A DNA stretch of 64,000 nucleotides, taken from positions 124,001 to 188,000 of the forward strand of contig JANJGN010000792.1 in assembly GCA_026770705.1 (NCBI GenBank), in the 5' to 3' direction. A program made the position numbers and the translations under genes. Below, piece by piece: positions 62,767-64,000 of the stretch. This DNA is from Isurus oxyrinchus (taxonomy: Eukaryota). How positions within the stretch are numbered: position 1 is the stretch's first letter; the number at the start of each line of letters is the position of its first letter. Under the pieces are notes generated by a model, which was given only the letters and a program-made list of their open reading frames with translations, ran no database searches and was not told the origin of the DNA.

Positions 62767-62881
62767 TAAAAACAAAAAACTGCGGATGCTGGAAATCCAA
62801 AACAAAAACAGAATTACCTGGAAAAACTCAGCAGGTCTGCCAGATCTGCTGAGTTTTTCCAGGTAATTCTATTTTTGTTTT
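62767..62881. repeat. Young fold-back Penelope-like terminal repeat insertion
   Basis: 41-bp arms 62799-62839 and 62841-62881 are reverse complements with 2 mismatches. Confidence 0.85.
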
Positions 62882-63586
62882 ACAATGAGAGTGGGGATCT
62901 CCCAGTGACTGCAGGGTGAACATCTATATATTCACCTTCCATTTTAACATTTGGGTATTTTTCCCTCATTGTGTTCATGGTCGGGAAATGATTCAAGAGG
63001 AAAAATAAATCACTATCCGTTTAAAAAGTCCCAAATTGGGGTCAGAAGAAGTGTTATTTTGACAGGATTTGCCACAAAACAGATAACCTGAATTGATGAC
63101 ATTTCATTGTCTCCGAACTCTCCTAGATTTTCACTGCAGGTGCAGGATTGATGTTTTCTCGTCAGTCGTGCGCATTATTGAGCACAGGGGTGTGCCGCGT
63201 ATTCACTGACAATTCCCATATTGGCAATTTAACTGAAAGTTTGGTGTGAGTATTACATCCGCGGATCTCACTGGCGGTCAGATTTTCCCATTGATAAATC
63301 GAGATACTACACAACAGAGGAATCTTTCACGATATGAACGTGCTAATCGGAGGACAATTCAATTTCTTTCATTCAACAAATCTATCAATTTGTGGGTTTT
63401 ACGCATCATAATGTTCCTAATAGCAATTAAAGAACAGCGAGTTCAATCAGATAAGATATCCGGTCATCCTTCTAGTCTCTGAAAAAGCTGAATGAAGCCC
63501 GCAACCTCCCCATTCCCACAGTCAGCATTTTCTTCTGTTACTGTGTAAAGTTAGCCCCAGGCCTATTGATTACAAAGTCAGGCAGC

Positions 63587-63658
63587 TTCTCGTTAGTATA
63601 GTAGTTAGTATCCCCGCCTGTCATGCGGGAGACCGGGGTTCAATTCCCCGACGAGGAG
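63587..63658 (+). tRNA. tRNA-Asp(GTC), near-intact variant, possibly non-functional
   Basis: ttctcgttagtatagtagttagtatccccgcctGTCatgcgggagaccggggttcaattccccgacgaggag: stems pair, but the D-loop GG is AG and only T3 runs follow immediately. Confidence 0.75.
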
Positions 63659-64000
63659 TGCTTTAATTATCTTTAAAGTAGAAAACACACGAAATTGGAA
63701 ATGTACTTTTAAATTCAGATGTAGGAGACAGTGCAGATAAATATGTCGTATCAGCGACAGGGATATTCAGGAAACGCGGCTGCTTTCAGAGGTCCGGAAT
63801 ATGGGAGTTCCTTGACAGGAACGGCCCTTCACACCAAGTCAGCCGACAGTTCCGTATGTGTCCGAACACCGATGCTGGCTCTTTCATTTAAACTGGGCTA
63901 AATCGGAATTTCCGTGAAATGAGTGAATTGGTACCTTGAAACTAGGACAGCTAACTGAAAGAAGATATTTTCAAACCGAGAAGAACCGGCCACACTCGAT

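Larger units (their letters stand above)
58903..62769 (+). pseudogene. BEN-domain gene copy C, all four coding exons (a 58903-59115; b 60183-61299; c 62237-62462; d 62634-62769)
   Basis: Exon c is open with intact tttcag| and |gtgagt sites: KPGQEKVKVQHRQIFFVAPEKLETLKYLEKRNLVISRLVHALFTSDVLLNSSCRGTASTADGRKPLPLKVTETVN. Exon d, after a 1-nt frameshift, gives ETEPNRIINSCCTNARRR. Intron phases 1, 0, 1 are mutually consistent. Confidence 0.8.
56085..64000. repeat. Segmental repeat unit, copy C (runs off window end)
   Basis: Collinear with copy B (tRNA-Gly to exon b) and copy A (H3.3 retrocopy; 63200-64000 matches ~16290-17280). Confidence 0.85.

Overview
Eukaryotic, repeat-rich vertebrate DNA, most consistent with an elasmobranch (shark/ray) genome: abundant CR1 LINEs, Penelope-like terminal repeats, L2, RTE and RTE-X LINEs, a tRNA-derived SINE and two-exon GPR139-like GPCR genes. 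The only intact long CDS is the main exon of a GPR139-like 7TM receptor (3072-3973). A pseudogenised paralogue lies at 36834-40074. Most of the rest is a decayed, roughly 12-kb segmental repeat: copy A ~12.8-22.3 kb, copy B ~44-54.7 kb, copy C ~56-64 kb, plus a partial copy at ~31.6-32.9 kb. The consensus unit carries tRNA-Gly, Asp, Thr and Lys relics and a multi-exon BEN-domain gene (BEND5-like N-terminal domain, coiled coil, NACC-like BEN domain). The gene was reconstructed by hand from splice sites and reading phases, and the ORF track does not show it as one gene. Copies A and C carry an antisense processed H3.3 pseudogene in one intron of this gene. Relics of replication-dependent histone genes (H2A, 3' end of H3, each with a stem-loop) and a tRNA-Ser relic are interspersed. 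All identifications come from manual reading and recalled family motifs; repeat boundaries are approximate (about +/-50 bp).
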